Source of the DNA: Nitrospinaceae bacterium
Lineage (GTDB): Bacteria; Nitrospinota; Nitrospinia; Nitrospinales; VA-1
Assembly (NCBI GenBank): GCA_046754465.1
Contig: JBHHVU010000002.1
Coordinates: 1-64,000, forward strand
Reading direction: 5' to 3'
Length of the DNA: 64,000 nucleotides
This document shows positions 20,126 through 29,890 of this stretch, one piece after another. The notes under the pieces are model-generated. The model was given only the letters and a program-made list of their open reading frames with translations, searched no databases and was not told the DNA's origin. Numbering within the stretch: the first letter of the stretch is position 1; each line of letters starts with the position of its first letter. The position numbers and the translations under genes were made by a program.

Positions 20126-21487
20126 ATGCTACCAGAACAGCATGACATTCTCTGGACGTTTTGTGCATTGGCGTTCGCGGGGTTTTCAGTCTATGCTTTC
20201 ATCAATGTGATTGGGCATTGCCGGGAGCGGGATGATGTCAATACCAAACTGTGGGGTGGGATATTTGGAGCGTTCGTGATCGTCAGTCTCATCGAAACGT
20301 CCCATATGTTCGACCTGGCCCAGGGAGATCAGATTAGTTTTTTCTTTAATTGGCAGGTTCTTACGGTATTTCTGTTGTTGCTTGCCTGGGGAATTTTCTT
20401 CAAAAGCCAAAAGATTGAAAATCAATCTCCCCCCATTATCCGGGCGTTTTTCTTTTGGACAATCATTTCCGTATTGCTCGCCGGCTACACCAACTGGCTT
20501 CCGCAGCAGAGAAGTGATCCTCCGCCGAAAGTGACGGCGGTCTCCGCGGATCTCACCATGGAGGAATACGCGGAAATGGGGCGGATCATCGTTTTCGGCG
20601 CCAAGCAGGTGGCGGGCCAGAAATCGATCGGTAAAGGCCAGTGCCCGCTCTGTCACACCTTCGAACCGGGGAACGACATCGGTCGTTGTCCGAACCTGTT
20701 CGGCGTGGAAGATCGCAGCCACAAACGGATCAAGGAAGAACGGTATCTGAACGAACCGATTAAAATTGGAGAAGAGGATCCCGCTTCCCACGTGGTTAAA
20801 GGAAAACCCATGGAGATCGATCCCGCGTACCGGCGGGAGGGTGGTCCGGACATGATTGGCGAGGATTATCTGCGCGAATCCATCATGTGTCCCTCCTGTT
20901 ATGTTGTCAAAGGATTCGGTAAAGCGGGGGATACCAAGAGCCCGATGCCGGTCATCACCAAACCGCCCATCAGTTTGAGTCCGGTGGAAGTCAACGCGGT
21001 CATCGCCTGGCTCCAATCCAAGGATACCCCGGGCGATTTCGCCAATGTCACCGTTCCCTTACCCTCCGAACAAGCCACCGCTGAGAAGAAGGAAGAGGGT
21101 GGCGGCGAAGAAGAGGAAAAACCGGTGTTCGTGACCGGGAATGAGCCGATCGATCAGATGATCAATACGCTGGGTTGTCCGCTTTGCCATACCATCCCGG
21201 GAATCGAAGGGGCGGTGGGCGAACTGGGACCCAAACTGTACGAAAAGATCAATGCGCCGAAGCGGCTCAAGGATCCCAATTATAAAGGCAAAGCCAAAAC
21301 GCCGCGGGATTATACCAAGGAGTCCATTCTGAATCCTGGCGCGTATGTGGTTTTCAACGAAGAGGCCGGCGAATCGTTTCCGGATGGTCTTATGCCCACA
21401 ACGTTTAGTCAGATGCTTTCCGTCAAGGCTCTGGATAAACTTGTTGATTTTATTAGTGAGACCGAACCTCCGGCAGAGAATAAATAA
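20126..21487 (+). CDS. Membrane-anchored diheme cytochrome c
   Basis: About four N-terminal TM segments; CPLCH at 20642 and 21176; extra CPSCY at 20888. Confidence 0.85.
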   Translation: MLPEQHDILWTFCALAFAGFSVYAFINVIGHCRERDDVNTKLWGGIFGAFVIVSLIETSHMFDLAQGDQISFFFNWQVLTVFLLLLAWGIFFKSQKIENQSPPIIRAFFFWTIISVLLAGYTNWLPQQRSDPPPKVTAVSADLTMEEYAEMGRIIVFGAKQVAGQKSIGKGQCPLCHTFEPGNDIGRCPNLFGVEDRSHKRIKEERYLNEPIKIGEEDPASHVVKGKPMEIDPAYRREGGPDMIGEDYLRESIMCPSCYVVKGFGKAGDTKSPMPVITKPPISLSPVEVNAVIAWLQSKDTPGDFANVTVPLPSEQATAEKKEEGGGEEEEKPVFVTGNEPIDQMINTLGCPLCHTIPGIEGAVGELGPKLYEKINAPKRLKDPNYKGKAKTPRDYTKESILNPGAYVVFNEEAGESFPDGLMPTTFSQMLSVKALDKLVDFISETEPPAENK

Positions 21488-21498
21488 TTTAGGAGAGA

Positions 21499-22503
21499 AT
21501 GATGAACAGGACGCTTATCAGTTTCATCGTATTTGTTGCCGGTTTGCTGGTTTTCCATAATGTGTTGTTTCCCATATTCACACCCAAGGAAACCGGCTGG
21601 ATCCTTAACAGATACGTCTACTTCTTGTTGTTGGTGTTTTTTATTATCGCCGCCAACCTCATGATGCGGCTCAAGCCGCCCATTTCCCTGAATGGCCTGA
21701 TGGTTTGGTTGTTGGGATTCTACTTCTACAAGGTCGTGCTGTATCCGCCGATTCCATGGACCTTGTTCATTACTTACATGATGCTGTGGTCGATCGGCAC
21801 CTTTCTTTACATAAGTCAGGACCCGGAAACCTTCAGGGAGTTCAGGAAACCCATCGTCAAGACGATTGTCGGGGAGTACAAGCTGGCGCGGATCGTAGCC
21901 TTCTCTGTTCTGCCGGTTTTGGTTGGATTCGGCACGTACAAGGCTATTTATCCCGTGTTCCAGGAGCCGGTGGAATTGCGTACCGTCCATCCGGCCCCGC
22001 CAGCCACAACTAAGGTTCATGGAAAGACTTATGTGCTGGAATCCGCCAGGAATCCTTTCCGGGTCGATGAGCAGGACAATTATAAAGATAGTTTTCCCTT
22101 CCTGGACGCGGACAAACAGGAATACATGAAAAATGTCACCGAGGGGGGAACGGTCTTCTTTCAGAATTGTCATTACTGTCATGGCGATCAGTTGAATGGA
22201 TTGGGGATGTTCTCCCATGTGTTCAACCCGACCCCCGCGAACTTCGTCGATCCGGGCACCATCGCGATGTTGAGGGAATCCTTCCTTTTCTGGCGGGTGT
22301 CCAAGGGCGGACCGGGGCTTCCTAACGAATCCACCCCATGGTCCTCGGCAATGCCTCCTTGGGAAGAACACCTGACGACGGAGGAAATCTGGAAGGTCAT
22401 CCTTTTCGAGTACTGGTATACCGGATGGCATCCGCGAACCTTTGATACCGAAGAGTCCTACGTTGGGCAGTTTGAGAAGGAGGGAAGACCCAAGGGTGAA
22501 TAA
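21499..22503 (+). CDS. Membrane-bound monoheme cytochrome c
   Basis: About five TM segments, then CHYCH (22168) and distal-Met motif SAMPPW. Confidence 0.85.
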   Translation: MMNRTLISFIVFVAGLLVFHNVLFPIFTPKETGWILNRYVYFLLLVFFIIAANLMMRLKPPISLNGLMVWLLGFYFYKVVLYPPIPWTLFITYMMLWSIGTFLYISQDPETFREFRKPIVKTIVGEYKLARIVAFSVLPVLVGFGTYKAIYPVFQEPVELRTVHPAPPATTKVHGKTYVLESARNPFRVDEQDNYKDSFPFLDADKQEYMKNVTEGGTVFFQNCHYCHGDQLNGLGMFSHVFNPTPANFVDPGTIAMLRESFLFWRVSKGGPGLPNESTPWSSAMPPWEEHLTTEEIWKVILFEYWYTGWHPRTFDTEESYVGQFEKEGRPKGE

Positions 22504-22568
22504 GATTAATAATTGAGGAATCAATTCAACGATATATCTAACCTTCAACGAGATGGAAACAGGATGTT

Positions 22569-24305
22569 ATGAATAAAACAGGAAGCAAATTAATTAGCCG
22601 GTTGCTGTTTCTTGGGGTCATGATGATGGCCATAGGTTTGCCGGGAACCCTGTTTGCCGAGCAACCTCCCGATCCGGTCAAGAAAGAAATGCTGGATAAG
22701 GGGAAAAAGGTGTATTACAAGCGCTGTGTTTGGTGCCATGGTGTTGATGGCGGAGGGGACGGGCCATCCGCGGAGCGGCTCTTTACCCGGCCCAGAAACT
22801 TTCATCAGGGAACCTTTAAAATTCGGCGCACCGATTCCGGGGAATTGCCCCTCGAAGCGGATCTGATCCGGACCGTCAAAAACGGTTTGCCAGGATCAGC
22901 CATGCCGGCCTGGGGGGAAGTCCTGAGTGAAGACGAAATCGTCTCCGTCATTCAGTTCGTTAAAACCCTGGTTCAGGACCGTGATTTCAATGATGCCGAG
23001 GACGAGGAATTGACCGTCCAGGAATTCGGCACCAATCCCTGGGGCACTAAAGGACCCTACCACCTTGGTGTTCCCCAGGAGGCGATCGACGAGGGAAAGA
23101 AGATTTTTATTAAGAATAAATGTTTCGAATGTCACGGTGGCGAGGGGCGCGGCGATGGGAACCCGACCATGAAGGATGACTGGGGATTTCCCATAGTGGC
23201 GGCGGACTGGCAGCAATGCTGGAATTTCCGCGGCAGCCGCAGGCAGCCTTTTGATCCTTTCAATATCGTGCGGACCATCTCAACCGGGTTGAACGGCACC
23301 CCCATGCCGAACTTCAAGGATCAGATCACCATTGAAGACCGATGGAAACTGGCGGCTTTCGTCAATTCCCTTTGTCCGAGGAAAAAGATTGATAAACTGA
23401 CCAATAAACCGGTTCCCGACTTCCTCATCAATTCCGAGTATACGGAAGGGCCTGTCGCGAAAAAGATTGACGATCCCAGTTGGGCGTCGCCCGATGACGA
23501 TCCGAATATCGTGGATAGGTCCGAGGACGTGAAGGAAAATCCCAACAGGCGCTATGTCGCCATGGCCGGCCAGATCACCCGAGGGAAGAGAAATTTTGAT
23601 CCCAAAGTGGATAATCTCTGGGTTTCTTCACGTTGGAGCGCCGAGGAAAATGCGGTTTATTACTTGGTGGAATATCACATTCGATTTTTGTCACAGGATC
23701 CGGAGTATCCCGATGCGGTGGCGATGCAATGGCCCGCCAAATTGCAGGATCTTTTCGGAGCGGAAAAACCCTACTTCATCTTTGGTGATTCCAAAAAACC
23801 GGTGGATATCTGGCGTGCTTCTTTCCTGGCGAAGGATTACAATCCGACCAATCCGCCTAAAGACACGGGATACCAGCTGGATTTGAAGGTGGATGAGTTC
23901 AACGGGAACGGTTTCGATGCCCTGAAACCCAAGGAAACCCCGCCGTCCGTTGAGGTGGTGGATTCCATTTTCAAACAGGGCCGGGTTAAAATCCTGTTCC
24001 GGAGGGCTCTGACCACGGAAAATGTGGAAACGGATGTCCAAATCCCCGCGGAGCAGTTCATTCCGGTATCCTTCATGCAATGGGCCGGCAGGGATAAAGA
24101 GAAAGATGAGCATATGGCGATTTCAACCTGGTATTACACCATTTTGAAACCCGCTCTTCCCAAATCTCTATATTACATGCCGCCCATTATGGCCGTCGTT
24201 TTTATCGGTCTGCAAGGTTGGCTGGTTTGGATGACCAAACGTACCCGGAAGATGTATGACGAAGGTAAGGTCAAGCGCGACATTCTTCCTACTGGTATTA
24301 AATGA
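22569..24305 (+). CDS. Diheme cytochrome c fused to a DMSO-reductase type II gamma-subunit (EbdC/NxrC-like) domain, with C-terminal TM anchor
   Basis: Signal peptide; CVWCH (22725, GSAMP) and CFECH (23121, GTPMP); PDAVAMQWP...KPVDIWRA...HMAISTW resembles the EB_dh heme-b domain; C-terminal TM. Confidence 0.75.
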   Translation: MNKTGSKLISRLLFLGVMMMAIGLPGTLFAEQPPDPVKKEMLDKGKKVYYKRCVWCHGVDGGGDGPSAERLFTRPRNFHQGTFKIRRTDSGELPLEADLIRTVKNGLPGSAMPAWGEVLSEDEIVSVIQFVKTLVQDRDFNDAEDEELTVQEFGTNPWGTKGPYHLGVPQEAIDEGKKIFIKNKCFECHGGEGRGDGNPTMKDDWGFPIVAADWQQCWNFRGSRRQPFDPFNIVRTISTGLNGTPMPNFKDQITIEDRWKLAAFVNSLCPRKKIDKLTNKPVPDFLINSEYTEGPVAKKIDDPSWASPDDDPNIVDRSEDVKENPNRRYVAMAGQITRGKRNFDPKVDNLWVSSRWSAEENAVYYLVEYHIRFLSQDPEYPDAVAMQWPAKLQDLFGAEKPYFIFGDSKKPVDIWRASFLAKDYNPTNPPKDTGYQLDLKVDEFNGNGFDALKPKETPPSVEVVDSIFKQGRVKILFRRALTTENVETDVQIPAEQFIPVSFMQWAGRDKEKDEHMAISTWYYTILKPALPKSLYYMPPIMAVVFIGLQGWLVWMTKRTRKMYDEGKVKRDILPTGIK

Positions 24306-24328
24306 ATAAATGATTGATGGATCTAAGG

Positions 24329-24358
24329 AAAGCCCGCCGCAAGGCGGGCTTTTTTTTT
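24329..24358 (+). terminator. Rho-independent terminator of the oxidase operon
   Basis: AGCCCGCC-GCAA-GGCGGGCT followed by a T8 tract. Confidence 0.9.
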
Positions 24359-24484
24359 GGGGTGCGGGCGGGAGAAAGTTAACGGGATTTCCCGGGGATG
24401 AAAATAAGTTGATCCCCCATGGCGGCTATGGGGTTGATAGCCGCCTTTAATAAAGGCCTTTGAAGGGAAGGAGATTGACTGAAA

Positions 24485-24724
24485 TTACTCTTCCGTACTT
24501 ACTTGTTCGAGGTCCATATTACCCTCGATGATTTCCTTCATGGCGAGATTGAAGTAGGTTTTGGGGGAGGAATATTCATCCGGGAGGGCATCTATCGTGG
24601 GTTGAGCCCCCTTTTCCAGCTGGTGAATCCTTTGAGCGACGAGGATGCACAAAAGGTATCGGCTTTTCACCACATCCAGCGCCTTTCGCGCCAGTTCCAT
24701 ATTTTCCTGAATTTCGATTAGCAT
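24485..24724 (-). CDS. rpoZ: RNA polymerase omega subunit
   Basis: SRYLLCILVAQRIHQL...GAQP...LAMKEIIEG pattern. Confidence 0.8.
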   Translation of the reverse strand: MLIEIQENMELARKALDVVKSRYLLCILVAQRIHQLEKGAQPTIDALPDEYSSPKTYFNLAMKEIIEGNMDLEQVSTEE

Positions 24725-24830
24725 TTATCCATCCTCAAAAGTTTACCTGCCTGGTAACCAATGTCATTGTAGTGTTTCCCCTGGGAGGTGTCAAACTTTT
24801 AGTATTCACTTATAAGCGGATCCACGGAGG

Positions 24831-25865
24831 TCAGGACAGGAAAGCCCGGACCACCTGGATCACCCTGCTTACATCCTCGCCGGAAATTTCCCGGTGCAGC
24901 ACCGCCCGGAAGGTTCCGGGATCAATCATCAGGATTTTTATTCCTTCGGATTCCAGGTGTTGCAGAAAAATTTCGTTTTCCACCCGGGGATGATTTAACC
25001 CGAAGAAAACGATGTTGGTTTGAACCCTTTCCGCATTTAATTCGATTCCGGGGATCGATGATAAGCCCTCGGCGAGTTTTTTGGCGTGATCGTGATCCTC
25101 CTGCAACCGTCCGGCCAGGTGTTCCAGGGCCACGAGGCCCGTGGCGGCGAGATGACCCGCCTGTCTCATCCCCCCTCCCACCATTTTGCGCATTTTTCTG
25201 GCCTTCTGGATGAAACCCCCGGATCCGCAAATTAAGGACCCTACTGGGGCCGACAGGCCCTTTGAGAGGGAAAACATCACGGAATCCGCATGCCGGGCCA
25301 GGCGTTTTACATCCACCCCCAGGGCGGCGGCCGCATTGAATATCCGGGCGCCGTCCAAATGAATCCGAAGGGAATAGCGGTGGGCCAAATCGGCCGCTTG
25401 TTCCATGTATTCCGGGGAAAGCGGAGAACCCATGCAGTAATTATGAGTGTTTTCCAGGCAGAGCAAACGGCTGGGGGGATAATGAATATCTACGGGCCGG
25501 ACGGCTTTTTCCACCGAATCGAGGGGGAGGGTTCCATCCTCCGCGTTGGGCAGGATATGGGGATGAACACCTCCCAGGGCGGAGATTCCCCCGGCTTCAT
25601 TGAGGAAGATGTGGCTGCGGTCGCCAAGGATCGCTTCATCGCCCCGGCGGCAGTGCGTCAGGACACAGACGAGGTTTCCCATGGTTCCGCTGGGGACGAA
25701 GAGGGCGGCTTCCTTGCCCAGTTTTTCCGCGGCCGTCTCTTCCAGTTGCCGGAGGGTGGGGTCTTCCTGGAAAACATCGTCGCCCACTTTCGCCCGTGCC
25801 ATGGCTTCCCGCATTTCCGATGTGGGTTGGGTGAGGGTGTCGCTTCTCAGATCAATCGGATTCAT
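24831..25865 (-). CDS. ltaE: Low-specificity L-threonine aldolase
   Basis: DLRSDT, GDDV, SGTMGN, LENTHN, HLDGARIFNA, SKGL. Confidence 0.93.
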   Translation of the reverse strand: MNPIDLRSDTLTQPTSEMREAMARAKVGDDVFQEDPTLRQLEETAAEKLGKEAALFVPSGTMGNLVCVLTHCRRGDEAILGDRSHIFLNEAGGISALGGVHPHILPNAEDGTLPLDSVEKAVRPVDIHYPPSRLLCLENTHNYCMGSPLSPEYMEQAADLAHRYSLRIHLDGARIFNAAAALGVDVKRLARHADSVMFSLSKGLSAPVGSLICGSGGFIQKARKMRKMVGGGMRQAGHLAATGLVALEHLAGRLQEDHDHAKKLAEGLSSIPGIELNAERVQTNIVFFGLNHPRVENEIFLQHLESEGIKILMIDPGTFRAVLHREISGEDVSRVIQVVRAFLS

Positions 25866-26205
25866 TTTCGTTCTCTAAAGTTTTGGCGTGGGAACGTTTC
25901 TTCTTTTCCAGGCGATTCCTCTTTAACCGGTAATAAACGGTGGATACCAGGAAGACTGGCAAGACAAAGCCGTATAAAAGAATCTGGAGGCTTTTTGAGG
26001 GAGAGAAACCAAGAAACAACATATGCCGATATTCTATTTGAACCCCAAAGGCCAGAAGGACGGCCACGATCAAGAGATATCCCACTCTTTTGGATCCGCG
26101 GGGACCGGGAAACACAAGGGAATATGCGATAAAGTTCAATCCCAGGAAAAGGACCCCATTTAAAAGCATCAAATAGATAACAGAATTTTGGTTCGGGGTG
26201 AGCAT
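25852..26205 (-). CDS. Small membrane protein (about 3 TM), unknown function
   Basis: Hydrophobic ORF starting MLTPNQNSVIYL; its stop overlaps the ltaE start. Confidence 0.7.
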   Translation of the reverse strand: MLTPNQNSVIYLMLLNGVLFLGLNFIAYSLVFPGPRGSKRVGYLLIVAVLLAFGVQIEYRHMLFLGFSPSKSLQILLYGFVLPVFLVSTVYYRLKRNRLEKKKRSHAKTLENENESD

Positions 26206-26424
26206 GGCCGTCACAAAGCGGTTGGGTCGGTGGTTTATTGTAATGGCCTTGCGGACCAGAATAAACCGGAATCCCATGGAAGCGTGAGAAAATTTTCTGG
26301 AAAACGGGGAGGAGGAATCCACCGGGGAAAACGGGCCGACGGCCGGGAAAATTTACCCGGACGCCGGCGCCATCCAATATTTTTGATCGATCCGGTCAAT
26401 TCCCCGAACACTGGGGGGGGGCAC

Positions 26425-27591
26425 TCAGAAGAAGAACAGGGCGTTAATGGCGGCGGTATCCTGGCCGCTGGTGAGAACGCCGGGATTCTGATCGTAAAAC
26501 ACGAGTTTGTTGGACTGGTCATGACGGTATTCAAACCGGACCACTAGATTCTGGTTGATCCGGAATTCCGGGGTGACGGTGATTTCCCAAAGTTCCTGCC
26601 CCGGAGTGAATGTGGCGGAACCGGCGGCGCTGCCGAAACTAGCTCGGGTCCCACCCTGATCGTTGAAGAATTCACCGCGAAGATTGATGGAAAACCATTT
26701 GTTGTAATCGTGGCGGATGATTCCGCCTATCCCCCACCATTCCGCGTCCTTTCCGGCGAAAAGGCCGGATGAATTGGCCTGCCTCCCGTAATCGAAATTC
26801 AATTGCAGGAGCGTATTAAGGGGCAAGGCGATGTCCAGGACCATATCGAAGATATTGGTCACGTCATTCGAGTTGGCTTTATCCGGTCCGCCCACCCAGT
26901 TGAGAAGCAGGGAAATGTATTCCACCGGCGTGATGGCGATCTGGGCGCCCAGCGTTTTCCCTGAGTTGTTGTCGGTGGTATTATCCGAACCGTTGGCCAC
27001 CATGCCCATGAAACTGATCTTGTCGTTCAGGGTGTAGGCGACTCTCAACCCCGTGTGGGTGAAGGGAATGGCCAGTCCGAAAAGGAACGATCGCGAGAAG
27101 TTGTAGTTCCAGCCATCGTATCCTTCGATGACTTCCGCGCCCATATGGGTGATGAATTTTCCGAGGTCCAACTGCACGCCGTTTCCGATCGGGGCGTTGT
27201 AGGACACATAACCCTGTTGCACGTCGAAATCATGGGTCTGCACATCCCCGGGGCTGGCGGCGGATTTGGCGACTTCCGGTACACTAAAGCCGTAGGTGAT
27301 ATCGGTCCGGAACCCTACATCTCCCTTTTTCGGGACCTCTTTCAACAATACCAGTTCTCCGACATCGAATTTAAAGCTGTTGTGGTCGCTGTCAAAAACC
27401 CGGTTGATGTTGGTTGCGGCGTTAGGAGCCTGGGTGGTCGGTTCGTTAAAGTTGAAACTGTAAGAGGAGGATGCGAATCCGTGGACCTCGATATCCTTCA
27501 ACAGTTCGAGAATTTGATCGGCGCTGGCCGTACCTGGCAATACCAGCCAGGCGAAAAAAATCAAAACCAGATTTTTTGAAAATTTTCTCAT
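26425..27591 (-). CDS. Outer-membrane beta-barrel porin (DUF1597/porin-2 family)
   Basis: Signal peptide (ASA); GKFITHMGAEVI, NYNFSRS, PFTHTG and EYRHD motifs; C-terminal Phe; RBS GAGGAGG. Confidence 0.85.
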   Translation of the reverse strand: MRKFSKNLVLIFFAWLVLPGTASADQILELLKDIEVHGFASSSYSFNFNEPTTQAPNAATNINRVFDSDHNSFKFDVGELVLLKEVPKKGDVGFRTDITYGFSVPEVAKSAASPGDVQTHDFDVQQGYVSYNAPIGNGVQLDLGKFITHMGAEVIEGYDGWNYNFSRSFLFGLAIPFTHTGLRVAYTLNDKISFMGMVANGSDNTTDNNSGKTLGAQIAITPVEYISLLLNWVGGPDKANSNDVTNIFDMVLDIALPLNTLLQLNFDYGRQANSSGLFAGKDAEWWGIGGIIRHDYNKWFSINLRGEFFNDQGGTRASFGSAAGSATFTPGQELWEITVTPEFRINQNLVVRFEYRHDQSNKLVFYDQNPGVLTSGQDTAAINALFFF

Positions 27592-27825
27592 ACTTCCTCC
27601 TCAAATTTTGAACAGGCAGAATTCCCAACTGTTGGTTTGCATCCGATGATGTTTCTTCGGCAGAACGCCTGGTCCGGTACCCAGAGGCCGTTAGTTTGAT
27701 GACTTTATTTTCCCAACATTGGAATGTCAATGATAAAAATCAAAAAATGGTGTTTTAAAACCCATTATTTTGAACGCGGGCAAAACCCTTCTCCCGGATT
27801 TTCCAGGAGAGCCCGCAGCCGCGCC

Positions 27826-29115
27826 TCAAACAAGGTTATAGCCGGTTTCACCGTGCTGCGTGGTGTCGAGGCCCATTTCCTCGTCTTCGTCGTTGACCCG
27901 GAAGCCCACCGTTTTGTCGATCACAATCACGATGCCCAGGGTGATGACAAACGAATAGGCCGCGGCGGCGGCGATGGCCACGATCTGGATTCCCACCTGC
28001 TGAAGGTTGCCGCCGAGAAGGCCCGTTCCGCCGACCGTAACGAACAAGCCGGTGGCCAGAGCCCCCCATGCTCCACCGATAGCATGGATGCCGAATGCGT
28101 CCAGGGAATCGTCATAACCAATTTTTATTTTCATGACGACCGCCGCATAACACAGGCCGCCCGCCAGGAAGCCGATGACCATGGCCCATAACGGTTCCAC
28201 GAATCCCGCCGCGGGGGTGATGGCCACCAAACCGGCAACGATTCCGGAAGCCGCGCCCAGGGCGCTGGCTTTTCCCATTTTATAAAATTCCATGAGGACC
28301 CAGCCCAGCATTCCCGCCCCCGTCGCGACCTGGGTGTTGGTGAATGCCAAAACGGCAGTTTCGTCCGCGGCCAGGGCGCTCCCGGCGTTGAATCCGAACC
28401 AGCCGAACCACAGGAGACCCGCTCCAAGAAGAGTGAGCGGCAGACTGTGGGGAATCATCAATTTTCCCGGGAACCCGGCTCGCTTTTTCAATACCATGGC
28501 CGCGGCGAGTGCGGCCATTCCGGAGGAGATATGCACCACCGTTCCGCCGGCAAAATCGAGCGCGCCTAAATCACCAAGCCAACCTCCTCCCCACACCCAG
28601 TGGGCGATAGGATCGTAGACGAGAGTGGACCAGACAAATATAAAAATAATGTAAGCCTTAAAATTGACCCGCTCGGCGAATCCTCCGCTGATCAGGGCGG
28701 CGGTGATGATCGCGAACATCAATTGAAACATGCAGAACAGGTAGTCGGGAATGGTTCCATTCAAATCCTTGAAATCAATGCCCATCAAAAAAGCCTTGTC
28801 CAGGTTTCCGATGAATTTGCCCACGTCCTCGCCAAAGGATAGGGAATAACCGATCAGGACCCACTGGATGGTGATCACCCCCAAGGGGACAAAACTGTGC
28901 ATGAGGGTTCCCAAGACGTTTTTACGCCTCACCATGCCCCCATAAAACAAGGCCAGACCGGGAAGCATGAGCATGACCAACGCGGAAGAAATCAGGATCC
29001 AGGCCGTATCGGCGTAATTTATTTTTGCCACTTCTTCCGCTTCAGCAACCGACAGGGGGAACAAAGCAAGGATTACCGAAATGATCCACAAATGCCCTCG
29101 ATTTAAAATTCTCAT
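27826..29115 (-). CDS. amtB: Ammonium transporter
   Basis: FYGG, FQLMFA, HWVWGGGWL, DFAGGTVVH, WFGWFGFNAGS, DDSLDAFGIH; signal peptide. Confidence 0.96.
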   Translation of the reverse strand: MRILNRGHLWIISVILALFPLSVAEAEEVAKINYADTAWILISSALVMLMLPGLALFYGGMVRRKNVLGTLMHSFVPLGVITIQWVLIGYSLSFGEDVGKFIGNLDKAFLMGIDFKDLNGTIPDYLFCMFQLMFAIITAALISGGFAERVNFKAYIIFIFVWSTLVYDPIAHWVWGGGWLGDLGALDFAGGTVVHISSGMAALAAAMVLKKRAGFPGKLMIPHSLPLTLLGAGLLWFGWFGFNAGSALAADETAVLAFTNTQVATGAGMLGWVLMEFYKMGKASALGAASGIVAGLVAITPAAGFVEPLWAMVIGFLAGGLCYAAVVMKIKIGYDDSLDAFGIHAIGGAWGALATGLFVTVGGTGLLGGNLQQVGIQIVAIAAAAAYSFVITLGIVIVIDKTVGFRVNDEDEEMGLDTTQHGETGYNLV

Positions 29116-29661
29116 GTAACCCAGCCTCCTTTAACAATCAAATATTTGATCTGGTTCGAGATTTGGAGTTTCCAACGGAGAACCGACCGTTCGCCAAGAA
29201 ACCTTCCTTAGAAACAGCTTCGGAGAAGACCCTTCCACGAAGGGAAAACTTTTCTCACGCCTTTTGCTTCGTATTTTCAATTCTTATACCAATATCCTAA
29301 AAACCCTTCCGGCGTCGGGTAAATTCTTGTAACCTTTTAAGTTTTAATAGGATATAATTTTAAGGAGGGTGATTCCCAGCGGGGTTCTGGATCCCGGGGC
29401 GGAAATTTGTGCTTTGAAACCAAGCAATTTAAAATAGTAAGTGCGACAAAATTAAACAAATCTTTTTGGGGGACCGGGAAGGATGGAAAAAGAATGGAAT
29501 TAAACCTTTATCGGTTCTCTGAATATGTTAGAATTTTTCGTCAAATTAATGACTGTCTCGGTGAGACGGGTTCGAAATCGTCCCGACGCTTTTACACTGG
29601 GCGCCCAGTATCTTCATGGAATTTCAGGACGTTGTTTACTAATTTCCCGGTTTTGGCAACT

Positions 29662-29677
29662 TGGCACACTCTTTGCT
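29662..29677 (+). promoter_or_regulatory. Sigma54 (-24/-12) promoter upstream of fliL
   Basis: TGGCAC-ACTCT-TTGCT matches the consensus exactly. Confidence 0.8.
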
Positions 29678-29890
29678 CCAAATTCCGGACAAGGGGACCT
29701 CACCGTGGCGATCGAAAATGGGAGGATAGGATTTCAGGGATCCAACTTGCCAGGCTCAGGAAGGGGAAATAAACCGTCGCCCAAATATGGAAGCCTGGGT
29801 GGATGAATCTTGCCCGTGAAAGTTCCATCCCCTGAATGAATGGGATTCAGCAGTTCAAAAGCCGGTTGAGTCGACTTTGGAGGACCGCGG

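Noticed and set aside
29151..29275. Glutamine riboswitch or ANTAR dual hairpin in the amtB leader
   Set aside because: There is some pairing potential and an AAAGGCG word, but no properly closed hexaloop pair or glnA-motif core by eye.
29680..29890. c-di-GMP riboswitch in the fliL leader
   Set aside because: No GEMM-type GGCAAAC...GAAA...GACGCAAAGC pattern; an Infernal/Rfam scan would settle it.
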